A stretch of DNA of 61,489 nt, the filler included, from Choristocarpus tenellus KU-1152 (Eukaryota; Protista; Phaeophyceae), in assembly GCA_964200185.2 (NCBI GenBank). It is 8 parts of 8 records of this genome, joined end to end, with 100 filler letters (N's around TTAATTAATTAA, not from the genome) between each part and the next. Parts side by side here need not be neighbours in the genome. Positions count along the whole stretch, not along the records: positions 1 to 17,481 come from CAXNAD020000668.1; 7 more parts are not named here. One strand, written 5' to 3'. The notes under the pieces were generated by a model that did no database searches, was not told the origin of the DNA, and saw only the letters and a program-made list of their open reading frames with translations. A program made the translations under genes and the position numbers. Positions 1 through 12,149 of the stretch are shown here, in pieces; the stretch's first letter is position 1, and the number at the start of each line of letters is the position of its first letter.

Positions 1-1440
1 TCTTTATCAGTGATAGGTACCTGATACTGGAAGTTGACACTCTCAACAACGTTTTCTTGAAGTGATCAGCATCAGAAAAAGAGTGTTGATTTCGTATTTT
101 CTATGTACTGTTGCGATTTCAACAAAATAGTGGACAACGCATGATAAATGTAAAAAAAATAAAACATAGATGGGGTCGCTGCTTCACATCTGTTGCTAGT
201 TGTAGTGCCTCCATCATACACACATCAATATGTATATATATGTAAGTTTTTTTTTGTGTGTATGTCCATGTGTGTACACCATGTGAGACATCATATTCAA
301 TTAGTGTTTGTGGACTCATAGTAGGGTGGTAGTAGTGGTATTACTATGATTATCTCTTACCTTTCATTCATTTCTATAATACAAAGAGTTCGTTGCTGCA
401 ACAGGCTATTCGTCCATTTCTTATTGATACAGCAACGAGATATGTAAGTAATATTAACAACACTTACAGAATGAAGAGGAGTACATACGCACACGCACAC
501 GAAAAAAACAGGTTAAGTAGTTCGGTCATGGATGTGACACAGCGTATATAGAATTGGTAGAGGGGAAATGCATCAATAGTGACAACCTGAAAGCGGGAAA
601 ATATCTGTTCATCAGGTTCAACAACACCATAGAGATTATTAGTATGCCAAAAATGTTGCAAAAATATAGAATCCTCAAACTATTTTCATTAAATCTATGT
701 TGATTGTACAAGAAGAGACTTGATTAGAGTACTCATCAGTACACTTGATGATGCACAGCGAAATAACTGGGTGGAGAGATCGGGCCAACCTTCAAGGGTG
801 ATTTGTTGCTGTATCTGAGCGAGTTTCGAAGAAGGGAACAAATCAATCGAAGTAGAAGTGGGTTGGAAGGAAGAATGTGGAGTATTTCCTGGGTTTGGCG
901 GTATCTTCTCATAGGCGATTGAGAGTTTTATATATTGAAAACACGTATCTTGTATTCATTGTTGTTGTACTCTGTAGTATGCCAGAGGTCGTGATATATT
1001 GATGCATGTTTAGGTTGGTGAAATTAATACTCTGGGGTAGTATTAATGTAGTATCCATCAACTCGTTATTACTACGTGGTATAATCACACATATGACATT
1101 TTCATGGTTGTGTGAGGGGTTCAAGACCCGTGATGAAGAAGATAGTGCCAAAGAAGGCAATACGCTCTGCTTGCTTAAAAAATACAAATACTATAGAAGA
1201 AAATACAAAAAGCAGTGGAAGAAGAAAAAGCAGGAAGAGAAGAGTATACAATTTACTACAATAAGAAGAAGCAAAAAGCTTCTACCTTGCGTGTAAACAG
1301 GCAAACGGAAATTTTACATACGTCATTGTTATATATGAGTGAAAGTGTGAATTTATGTAATATTGGCAATGTAAAAAAATACATACCAAATCAACGTGAA
1401 GAGAACAAGAATTTCATGTTGTACGATATAATATTATTAT

Positions 1441-1740
1441 ATTTTATTATGCCCTCTGACATTTTGTACATGTGTCAAGGGGGGAAACAAATGAAAACTT
1501 GACATACGTCAGTATAAGCCTTGAAGAAATGTCATAAATGCGAGAACACCGTAAGACACTACAAATGTGAAGAGCACTGATCTATTTCTTACTTCACCAC
1601 TATCAATATTGTACTACTGCCTTCCTGTGCTTCCAATCTACCTACTCCTACGCCCCATGGGGAGGAGCTAGGGAAGCATCTCAAGAATCCAATAAACCCC
1701 TCCGTGCCTATCTCCCTGGTGACCCTGGCTTAAAACGCAT
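1441..1740 (-). mobile_element. 5'-truncated CRE-like non-LTR retrotransposon (3' UTR and (AAT)n tail)
   Basis: Reverse complement matches the 3' end of the RLE-encoding copy at 56520-57365; flanked by the direct repeat ATATTATTAT (1431-1440 and 1739-1748), a likely TSD. Confidence 0.7.
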
Positions 1741-2194
1741 ATTATTATCCTATTACTCTCAAGTATATACTACTTTGTTCACATACTCGGAGTACTTCCA
1801 ACTTGTGATAAGTCAGACAAATGACACCCTGTTGTGTGTAACACACAGGATCAATGATCCGAGAAATGGGAATTATGATGGAGGTGGAGCTCATTCAATG
1901 TTCTTGCATCCAACCATTGGGAATCTCATTTCCTCTGACGCTAGTCAAGTCAAATGTATTTAATGTGGCTTATGGCCCTATCCGGTTCACAATTTCCTTC
2001 ACTCTGGTCAAGATCTGCCCAGATATATTTGACAAGGGCAGGTCTGTGGTGTGATCCAGATATAGAGCTATTCTCTCCAACGCCCCATTTTTTGGTCCTG
2101 ATTTTTTTTACCCAAGCTACCCCCTCGGGGTGGTCCCATTATGCTTACCTGGTCTGGTGCAAACCCGCCTGATTTCAATATGCCTTACCAAACA

Positions 2195-2243
2195 TTCAAC
2201 CATCGAAATAAACATGTTGACCTAAGATATCACTTCGAAAAGT
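2195..2243 (+). pseudogene. Copia RNase H fragment
   Basis: Translates FNHRNKHVDLRYHFEK, matching the Copia RNase H motif RTKHIDVRYHF; no flanking ORF. Confidence 0.45.
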
Positions 2244-3719
2244 AGACCTTCCTGTTACGACACCACAGAGACATCAAGTGATGGCTGCTTTGACCCTTGA
2301 CATAATATTTTCAAGTGATTTGTAATTCGGCATACGGCATGACCTCTTTTTTTTCACATTGTTGACTCAAGGTTCATCATGATTGACTGAGGGTTGGTCC
2401 CTCACATTTGATTGTGGGTACCTGAAACGAGGGGACAGCGTCTACGGTGGATGTCGCATGTGCCCCATGTCTGGAGCTACGAGGACTGCTCACATTTATC
2501 TTCATCCCCTCCTACAATGGATTCATTACAGCAGAGCGCACCCAAGAAGTCACGGTGAAGCCCTGATATGGATTTAGTGTGGTGAAAAGAATATCGGAAG
2601 GGCTGGGTCGCTCTCATAAAGCCGTATCATCATAGCAGGATGTGGACAACTCAACGTTCTGTTTGCAGTAACCAGTACATTATTAATACAACAAGTAGTG
2701 TGAACGGCAGATTGGCATTAAAAAAAGCATAGAGTATAGGCAGACAGGCAAGGGCATAAGACGGATATCAGAGAGCATTGTTTCACCAGCCAAACACAGC
2801 ATCAAACAACCACCCATAAGAACATCAATCACATGCATATGATTATTTCCTCTGTTTCATTCAGTAATGGTAATATTATATTGTATGATCATTATTTCCA
2901 GTGTCGCAATTTGAACCACTAATACATTGCTAACACCGCTGTACTTTGGAGGACATATTATAATGCAATTGATTACAATATACTGGGAGTAAACAATATC
3001 AGAGTTTGTATTTCATGTACAACAATATAACTCCTATACAACTTTTGTTGTATTATATTATCCTATAGCAAGAGAGTGATGAAGCATCTAGGTGTGTATA
3101 CGTACTACTCCAAGTACTCCTACAGTATTAAGATGTAGTACCACTAAACATATATATATATTGCATAAACATCTTAGAAATAAGGGGAAGAACCGACACA
3201 TCGGACAAATCAAGTCTGGTTTGTGGCGTACAAATTCAATTTCCCACAAATCAATGGAACTTCATGTCATAAATCTGAGTCATGCACAGTGAGGCACATT
3301 CTCACAAAATTCAACATTTAGGAGGTAACTCTTTCATTTGTGGATCGGAATCATTTGTACTCATTTCTATTTCTGATAGTGGTATGGGACAAATCCTCCA
3401 ACATAATCTTGACAAACCAACAAAGCACTGTGATTAGTACAACTTGTGTTCACAAAGTCAAATCACTGTGGAGGAATTCAAATCAAGGCAATTCGATGTG
3501 GAAAGTTATGGACGCCTTGGATTGTACAGTAGAAATTTTAATGGATGATAGCCACCCACGCAGTTGTGCGGAGTGGGGCAGGAGGATAATGTGGGAAAGA
3601 GGCTGTCAAGCCCTGCTTCAGACAGATAATGTCAGTCAGTGCACTAGTGACTCTGTCGACATGTGTCGTGGGTTACAAGTTATAGGCATCAAACAGACAG
3701 GAAAGAACGGGTCTGTCAT

Positions 3720-3790
3720 ATTCTTGGCGTGCTTTCCCTGCTCCTCGCTCACCTTTGTAGGGCCAATCTAGGTTAGAAGTATAGTAGTGT
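3720..3790 (+). mobile_element. Short fragment of the CRE-like 3' UTR
   Basis: ttcttggcgtgctttccctgctcctcgctcacctttgtaggg resembles 57490-57535 and the reverse complement of 38130-38175. Confidence 0.4.
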
Positions 3791-4610
3791 ATAATTACTC
3801 CATAGTTACCAACCTTCAAGGGAGCATTGTTGTATTGTCGAAATAGTAATTATTTTTCAGAGAGGCATCTACTGCATTGACGACAACTGTTATTTTCCCA
3901 ACAGTCCTTTCTTACATTGTTCAGATGGTACATTTTTTTTAGAGAGGTATGTTTGCATCAATTGCTAGTCTTACGGCAATCCTTGAGATGCAGGTTTAGT
4001 TTTTGGCTGACACACCATCTGCAAAATTGCAGAGGGCATATAGCAAGATACATATATATATATATATATGTAAATGATAAGAAAGGAGTAACAAATGACA
4101 AAATTACTCAGCTGTACGGCTCCACTACTACCACAATGAATGTTGACTACCCTAGACTAAATAGTTGTGCCTATGTCCCCCTGTTGTTGTGACTGGATTG
4201 CTCCAGTCTTTCTAAGTCCCAGCCGGCTTGTAGGCATCCTGGCATCCTTGGGATCCTCCTATGCATCCACCTTGAGCCAGGTGCTACGCAGGAGGACGAG
4301 GAGTTGCACTTCCTGGGTTCTAACCTTTGTATCCTTGCTCTAGCACTATTCTCAGATGATGAGAACAAGACCATACATCACTAGTTAGTAATGTGTTTTA
4401 CATGACAAATTACACATCGTAACTATTGTTCTGAATGGTGTTCATACTGGGCCTAATGATCAGTCGAGAAAAGTAAAGGGCTTGTATCCACATGGTTTGA
4501 AATGAAAAACGAAACCAGAGGTTATTGGTCTATACGGACGTGGGTTCGTCATGTGTAAGGAGGTCATGAAATGAGATGTTGTTTGGTACCTGACATGATC
4601 ATCAGTAATG

Positions 4611-4682
4611 GCGGGTATGGTCTAGAGGTATGATTCGGCATTCGGGTTGCCGAGGCCATGGGTTCGAATCCCATTATCCGCC
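4611..4682 (+). tRNA. tRNA-Pro(CGG)
   Basis: Cloverleaf: acceptor GCGGGTA/TATCCGC, D arm TGGTCTAGAGGTATGATT, anticodon stem CGGCA/TGCCG with loop TT-CGG-GT (4643-4645), T arm ATGGG-TTCGAAT-CCCAT; followed by a TTTTT Pol III terminator (4683-4687). Confidence 0.88.
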
Positions 4683-5144
4683 TTTTTGGCATCTCAGGTC
4701 AGTCAGTTCATATTTCTAGAGTTTTGTTGTTATTTTTTTGTCTGTCGTTGTTGTTAGCAATGTTACCACTACTTCAATCGATTGCTAGAACAGTAGTTCT
4801 AACATATTATGAGATACTGGTACACCCGAAAGGGTGGATGTTTGAAACTTTATTTTTCCAAGATATGAACAGGGCTTTTCATTGGTCGGGCAGTTAGTAT
4901 GTCCACTGTCGACCATACGGTCTTGGGTCTGTCCGTGACCTGGTCATGTTGAAACGGTCAATGCCCATGGACTTGGTCATGTTCAAACTTGGTTAGACAT
5001 GACCTGTGGTAACCGTGTTGTTAAGGAAGTGATGACCATGAACTCGGTCACATAAAGCCATTTTATCTACCTCAAATCAGGTAATATTTTCTTACACTCA
5101 GTTCCACCACGTGATGGCTATGCCTTTCTATTTTGTGTCTTACC

Positions 5145-5378
5145 ATTATTATGCCCTCTAACATTTTGCAGATGTGTCAGGGGGGAAACCAATGAAAACT
5201 ATACATATGTCATCATTAGCCCTAAAGAAATAGAATATCCTAAACATAAGAACACTATAAAACATTGTGTGGAAACCATTAATCTATCAGTTACTTCACC
5301 AATATAAAATATTGTACTACTGTCGTCCTTTGCTTCCCATCTACCTACTCCTGTGCCTCGTTGGGGGGGGCTAGGGAC
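5145..5378 (-). mobile_element. 5'-truncated CRE-like copy
   Basis: attattatgccctctaacattttgcagatgtgtcagggggg...ctacctactcc...gctaggga, homologous to 1441-1740 and 59590-59945. Confidence 0.65.
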
Positions 5379-5509
5379 TTGAATATTGTAACCTAAATTT
5401 CAAATATATTTAAAACTAAATACTCCCCTATCCTTCAAGTCTGGGTTGTTATGTATTTTTTTGTGAATAACTTTTTCAAATGTGAGATTCGGAAACTAAT
5501 AATATTTCA

Positions 5510-5682
5510 TTATTACACCCTCTGGCATTTTCCAGATGGGGAAAAACCAATCAATGCAAGTCAATCAAATATCATGCCAATCACTCAAAAAGTAACAGTT
5601 GTCGCAAATGTGACATTCTCTGTCTATTTACTATCTTACTACTACCTATGCTACACCACTGCCCTTCTATGTTTCCAACCTA
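5510..5682 (-). mobile_element. Degenerate 5'-truncated CRE-like copy
   Basis: tattacaccctctggcattttccagatggggaaaaaccaat...aagtaacagttgtcgcaaatg, homologous to 59595-59740. Confidence 0.5.
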
Positions 5683-6675
5683 GTAGTATCGTTCGAAAGT
5701 CAACAACTTCGGCTTGCTTACAAGTATCTTCAAAATATGTTTTCATTTCTAAACAGTTGAGAAACCGTTTGTGAATACAAAAAAGCTTTTTACGGAGATA
5801 GATGTAAGATTTAGCAAAAACATCAATCGGGTCAAAAGTGGCTGGATATTATGGTTAATTGACCATAACGTCTTAACGAGACCTCCGATGAAGACGCGGT
5901 TAGTTGCGTTGCATTCCTTGGCGTTTTTTACATTTAATGGATTAGTCGTCACTCTTATTCTTTCATGAGGGCATTCTGGATCACTTGATCCCCATTGTCA
6001 GAGACGCGTGCAATGTGGTCACAACTTTGTGGATTAGGGTAAAGAATGAGAGTGATATGTACACAAAGAAAAACAAGGCCAGATGTACTTACTGCCAGTG
6101 AGTGCGAAAAATCAATTTAGATAGTAACTGGAGTGAAGACGCAACTGCTAAGAATACATCACAATTCATGCCAAGATCGAGGAAGGGTACAAGGACCAAC
6201 TTATGTGTCATTGAGGTGGTCAAATTTTGTAATTGGGTAAATAGCGTGCATTTCCTCCTTGTTTGTGCAGCGTCTCTTCCTCCCCCTAAATCTAAGAACA
6301 AGAATAGAACAATTGTGGTGAAGATACGTAAAGATATCGTGATACATCAAATAATACAAATTTGATATTCGATTTGATACCCCAAATCACTAAATATGTC
6401 AGTCAGTAGTAGAGGTCCGTAGCTATGATGGTAAAGCAGACATGTACACACACACTTGGCGTCTTACTAATGATGACCCTGGACGAAAAAATCCTCTCAG
6501 TTGATGCACTTGGCCGATGGTTGTATTCGTGACCTGTTTCACATTAACTCTTTCCTCAAAGTTTTAACCAATTGTCACAATGTTCAAGCAATTAATGTGA
6601 CAGAAAATCATACAGAGTCACATGTTCACTGCAGAGCTCTGCTAGATTGTGTTGTGTGTTGAGTATCGAACACTT

Positions 6676-6708
6676 ACCACCACCACCACCACCACCACCA
6701 CCACCACC
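6676..6708. repeat. (CCA)n microsatellite
   Basis: About 11 CCA units seen directly. Confidence 0.9.
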
Positions 6709-9355
6709 AGAGCTTGTTGTTCAACTTGCCCGACATCTTAGTCAAAGGGATGGTGCCTCTTCCACGTCTACGCGCTGTTTCAACCACAGCTCTTTTTCCT
6801 CCAACAAAGGCAAGCAGGTGCTTCAGGTTCTTGCAACCTCCTATCTTATTGCATCCTAACAGAAAAGGGCGCACCGTCACCCAGCAAAGAGCTCACTTAT
6901 ATCCCTGTCCACTGCATCGGGGGAAAACTTGAGGTATTGGCCCTGATGCTTCTTGCTGAACTGCACGTCTACGTACTTCTCATACAACGACCTGCACAAA
7001 AGTAACCGCCATGGGTTGTAGAGCGCGAGGGAGACAGGATGTGGACAATGGTACAATGGTACAATGGGCGGCAATGTTTAGATAACGGAGGTTCTTGAAA
7101 AGTGTTGCGTTGGGGTTCTGAAATACAGCAAAAAGGAGTGTGTGTGTGATCACGTTGTATAACTTTGGTATTTAACATCTCCGTATCTCTTCCTACAATC
7201 CCTGTTACCCTAACGAATCGAACAAGATGTAATGCAGTAGTGCCACGGCTTGAAAAAAGGACAAAGGTTGAAGCATAATAATAATGGCGAGACATTTAAC
7301 GCTCAGCTCGCGCTCCCAAACACGGAGTACTAGTACAAGATACCAACAGGCGACATCAAGTAAGTCTACCACCGTCAGTACAAAAAACGGTCCGCCCAGT
7401 GGTACACCTCGTGGAAATCCATGGGAGGATATAAGAAGAACTTACTGCTCTCTCCTGTCCGAAATATATGATGTAGTACTCATTGAGAGTTGAGAATGAG
7501 GTTGAACCTCCACCATCACTGAACTGTCATCACCGAAGAAGAGCCGATTGGAGGGCAGTTGGTGCAACAATCTCCAGCAGGAAATTAAGCTTGGATTGGG
7601 GTTCGACCATGCTAATGTTCCTCACACACTACTTTACTCCTTCTTACTACAAACGCAGTACAAAAGTATATGTAAGTACAACAGCGACATCAACGGGGTT
7701 AGGGTTAGGGTACACCAAGGTGCCTGTAGTATGCACAGTAGGAGAGAGCCCTTGGGGGGGGGGGAGAGTAACAAAGCCCACACGAGTAAATATAAAAATG
7801 ACATCCCCAGCAAAAAACAAAACAAAACCTGCAGTCAAGTCTCTCACAGGTATTTAGTTGCTCACAATCAAAATATAATGCCCCGAGAGACTGCTGTATT
7901 GAACGGAACACCAACAGTGTAAGCAACAGGCTCATGCCCACCCACACCCACACCCACACCCACACGCTCACTGCTACAGAGCAAGAGCACTGAGGAGGAA
8001 CATATAGTGAGTACAGGCACAGCTCATCCTCACACACTACTATCGGTAGTACCCATCATGGATCGCTACTATTGTTAACGTTGCCTCTCAGTAGCGAAGT
8101 AGCGATGCGAGACTCTTGATGTAACGATTTTCTTTTTTTCATTTTTTTTAAAAACGATTTTTTATACAGTATAATAATAAGATTAAAGGAGTAGGAAGAG
8201 GAATAGTACAAAAAAACCTCCCAGCACTGTAAGTATTGCCAAGAATAAAAAAGACAAGACCACAAATATATGCTGCATTGAAAAGCAACAGTATGCCTTT
8301 GCCCTCTGCTGCCCCCCCCCCCCCCTCCAAATTCTCCCCGCTGAATCAAGAATAACGCAATGCAATCGAAGATACTTCTAGGAGGGATAGATGTCCCACG
8401 CAAGACACATCATCACTACAAAAAAGAGAGTAAAGAATCTTTCTTACTCTTCTTACGTGTCCTCTCGGATCACATTATTATTATTATTATTATTATGTGC
8501 ATCTTTTTCTCATTCTCTTGTCGAGTTACTGTACACTTTGAAAACAGGTCCATTCACATCACACGATCAAACGATTTACGTATATATAGATAATAGTGAC
8601 ACAACGGTAACAAAAACCCCCCAATAAACGATCAAAATGAATAAAAAGTAAATAAAGTACAAGAGGTGAAACAAACAAACAAACAAGCAAGCAAACAATG
8701 CTCTCACACAGAGATCCTAGAAACTAACAATCAAAGTTCAAAAGTCCAGGGACCCAAGGCCCTTTCCTCTCTCTCCTCACCGATATGGGACCAGAACCCT
8801 TCTCCTGGCCTCTTCCCTCAGACTATCCCGTCGGTCCGGATCCATCACAACAACGCCACGCTGGGAATTGCAAACCTATGGGGTGGGCCACAGGTCCGAG
8901 GTCTGCATGTGTGGGAGTGTCCTCACGAACACAACGCTTTTGCTTGGCTAGGAGGCTACAACAGGTACTTGCAACAAAAGTTGACAGCATCCAAGCACCT
9001 CGTCGGATCGACCAAAATGAGGTACAGAATAGATCAAATACTTAGGGTACACATTAGGTAATCAGTACTGCTATTGACCAGACAGGGTGCGCGTGATGGG
9101 ACCGGTCTGGGGCTGGATATTATGTGATGGGAACAGTCCAGGACCATTAGGGAGCACAAGAAAATGCTGCAGTTCAATTCTGAATTCTACTTCTTCATTA
9201 CTCCGGGTCATTTGAATCTCAGGATGTACTCCATTCTCAGCGGACTCCTCAAAGATTAAAAAAAAACATACGTAAGGACGAATGTTTCACCCTCCAAAAA
9301 ACAAAAAAAAAAAAAACTCGAGAGTACTTAAAAAAAAAAAATGCCACTATACAAA

Positions 9356-9358
<3 letters not shown>

Positions 9359-9392
<34 letters not shown>
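9359..9392. repeat. (CA)n microsatellite
   Basis: Seen directly; others at 9554-9579, 20611-20646, and (CT)n at 34568-34597. Confidence 0.9.
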
Positions 9393-9397
<5 letters not shown>

Positions 9398-10518
9398 AAC
9401 CCTCAGGTCAGCCAAAAGAAACTCAAGGTGAATCTTTTCGTGTCTGTTTATTTTTTTATTTTTTTTTAATTTTTTTTTTAATTTACTGCATTAGCAGTAA
9501 GTACAAAGGAGGAGCAATCAAGTCATTAAGTGAGACTGCGTGCTTTAACAAAACACACACACACGCACACACACACACATGGATCACTAGCAGACATTAT
9601 TTCAGAACCGAACTGTACCGGGCCGTGCACATCTCAACAGGGCTATATCCGGGGCTGCCGATAAATTTCTTGATGGTAACATTGAATACATGTATGCGCA
9701 TTTCATCGCCTGAGACATGGAAAGGAGCTTTTTTTGCTGAGAACGTTTACACGTGGACAACGAGCAGATTAACCAACCAATCGGTCTCGATCTACTCCGT
9801 TATCGCTTAATCGTGATTGGTAGGATGCGGTCGATTATATAGCCGGTGCAAAGTTTCACAACTCTAGGTTTTTGCATGCTGTGTTGTGAGAGCTCTGCGG
9901 AGGATGTGTTTTCGGCCCACGAAAATGTTTGACAGCAAGTTTCCTCTTCTACAGCCACACCCTCCTCCTCCTACTGAAAAGGAATAAATGGCAGCTTCAC
10001 TGAGGACCCACAGTATCTTAGAGGGAGGGGAGGGGGGGGGGGGGATAGCAGGATTATGTCTTCTTGGAGTCTCAGAAACATGCTTGACAGTTGCACATGC
10101 ATCACAAAGCTATGAGATAGCTAGAGGAGGAGGAAATAGAATACCATCCGCAGCGATGAGAACAAGTAATACCACAGCATTTGGCTCGATGTGCTCACCA
10201 GAACATATCTAACAGGCTTTGAGATTTCTGTCATTGGAGAATCAAAAGCATGCGGTCCACACCAGACTGTACAGGAAAGCACTTCCACCATATGTGCAAC
10301 TTGCTCAAGGTGTGTATACGTTTTAGATCATGGAGAAAACCCAGTAAGAAAGATCATACTTCATTACTCCAACTCTTCCCCCCAACTGTACAATGATCGG
10401 CCAAGTTCGTTGTTACGTCCCTCACAAGGTATTGATTTACCCTAACCCTAACCATTTAACGCAATACCCCTCGGGGAAAAGTCTACTAAGGTTGCTAAGG
10501 ACACCTTCATACGCTTGC

Positions 10519-11591
10519 CTGGCAGTAAGCTTCTGTGCGTTCAAGAAGGCGAGCCGCGTGTCCGTGTAGGGGCTTCAGGGTCTCTTGAAAGGCCCATAGG
10601 CGTTTCCGGAACATGGGTGAGTCACGTGTATACTCAAGGGCCGTGTTGCGCCCCAAAGTCTTGGACCACGGCTCTTGCAAGGTGGCGTTTGGTGTGGCAG
10701 GTCGGCAGAGAAATGCAGATTTTGGAGACAGGGAGGGTGGTGAAAAAGGGACACCGGTATCAAGGCAACAAGTCCAACCACCGAAGCACAGTTCGCATAA
10801 TTTCCCCAACGCCGTGACGGAAAGCATTAGATTAGAGTGGCACGATAGAGCTGTAAAATGAATGACAAACCTTTCCCGCAAGCAAGATCAACGTTGGATC
10901 CTTTGCTGAATCAAAAATTCTCTGTTAAGATCTCTAGATTCAAGCAAGAATAAGGCAGGTATCCTCTTGTACCCTAGAGCCTTCTCTCTCCCATGTTTCC
11001 TTTACGTAGTGCGGATCCATGTTGTGGTCTCTTAAATCCTTTCCAGAACAAGGCTGGGTGAAGAGGACCACTATGTGAGGGATTTCACGGCAAGCTAAAC
11101 TGGACTCAAGTTCTCGGGCGTCATCAACTACAACAAGGACAGCTGCGTAAGGCGTTCACGTGGACTATATATAGTGAAGATGTTCGTGTAGCACGCTCAC
11201 CAGTGTAAGTTTTGTTCCTTCTTTCACCCTCCATATTCTCATCGGAGTCGTAGGGTTCATCAGAGTCGTCGGCTGGTGACAAACTTTCGTTATCGTCGCC
11301 CTTTGGGAGTTGTGGTAACCCATTGTGTTTGGCTTTGGTCTTGTTCTTCTTGTAGAAGGTGAAGTAGAACTCTAGCTCCTCCTCCGTCTCCCGCAAGCGC
11401 GTCTCCAGTTCCGTCACGCGTGCTTCAAGTTTCTCCTCCCTCTCCCCTGAGTTCCTCGCTGCGACTGGCCCACCTGAACCTTCCTCTGGTTCGTCCTCGG
11501 CTTCACCATCACTAACCACTGTCTCCCCTTCTTCCCCAACTGGAACCACAGGACTCTTTCCACTTCTGGATAATGGAAATCCATCTGACAT
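10519..11591 (-). CDS. 5' exons of a putative BAR-domain (ACAP/ArfGAP-like) protein; later exons (to about 6670) appear degenerate
   Basis: Phase-consistent exons 11591-11201, 11127-10973, 10671-10519. Acidic/coiled-coil N-terminus, then TRDSPMFRKRLWAFQETLKPL...AYCQ, resembling the DSPMFR start of ACAP/AGD BAR domains. Weaker PH-like (about 8040-7550) and YEKYVDVQF (about 6985) pieces contain stops. Confidence 0.5.
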
Positions 11592-12149
11592 GATGCTGAG
11601 CGTTGATGAGGAGGAGCTGCAGCGAGAGGTCAGTGTTAAGCAGGGACAAGATGAAGAACACAGACAGGGTATAAGGTCTCTCTTTCTCTGTGGAAGGGGG
11701 GTGTTATTTTGGTTTACCTACGATCATTGACTTTCTTGTATTTTGCTAATTTAAAAATGATTTTTGTAGAAATTAGATCGATAGTAATAGTATTGAAGGT
11801 CACTTCACTCAAAACGCTCAGACTTACTTACACGATTCTCCCTTCCGCTGTTCAACCCGCCAACATTTCGAAGCCCTTACGAGTGTCTTCTTTAGAGCAA
11901 TACCTCCACGAGGTTTATTGATTGTTTGCCTATTCTATCCTGGAGTGCGCTAAGGTCCTTGTTCAAGGGAAAGTTGGTAGGAACTGAGGTTTTGGTTAAG
12001 ATTTTCCCTTGGTGTCTCCTTTGGAGTCCGCGGTAGGTCTCGTTGCTGAAACTGCTACCCCACTACCTTGGCTGTGGTCGACATCAACTCAATATCAAAA
12101 CTAGTGAGAGAGTGATAGACTTTCGTGGTAGCTCGAAGGCAACGATCGA

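Noticed and set aside
560-1300. Possible Harbinger/hAT transposase relic (YLLIGD, IENTY, Lys-rich tail)
   Set aside because: Motifs are too short and too disrupted to support a call.
6647-6880. Poly-Pro and poly-Trp ORFs
   Set aside because: Products of the (CCA)n microsatellite.
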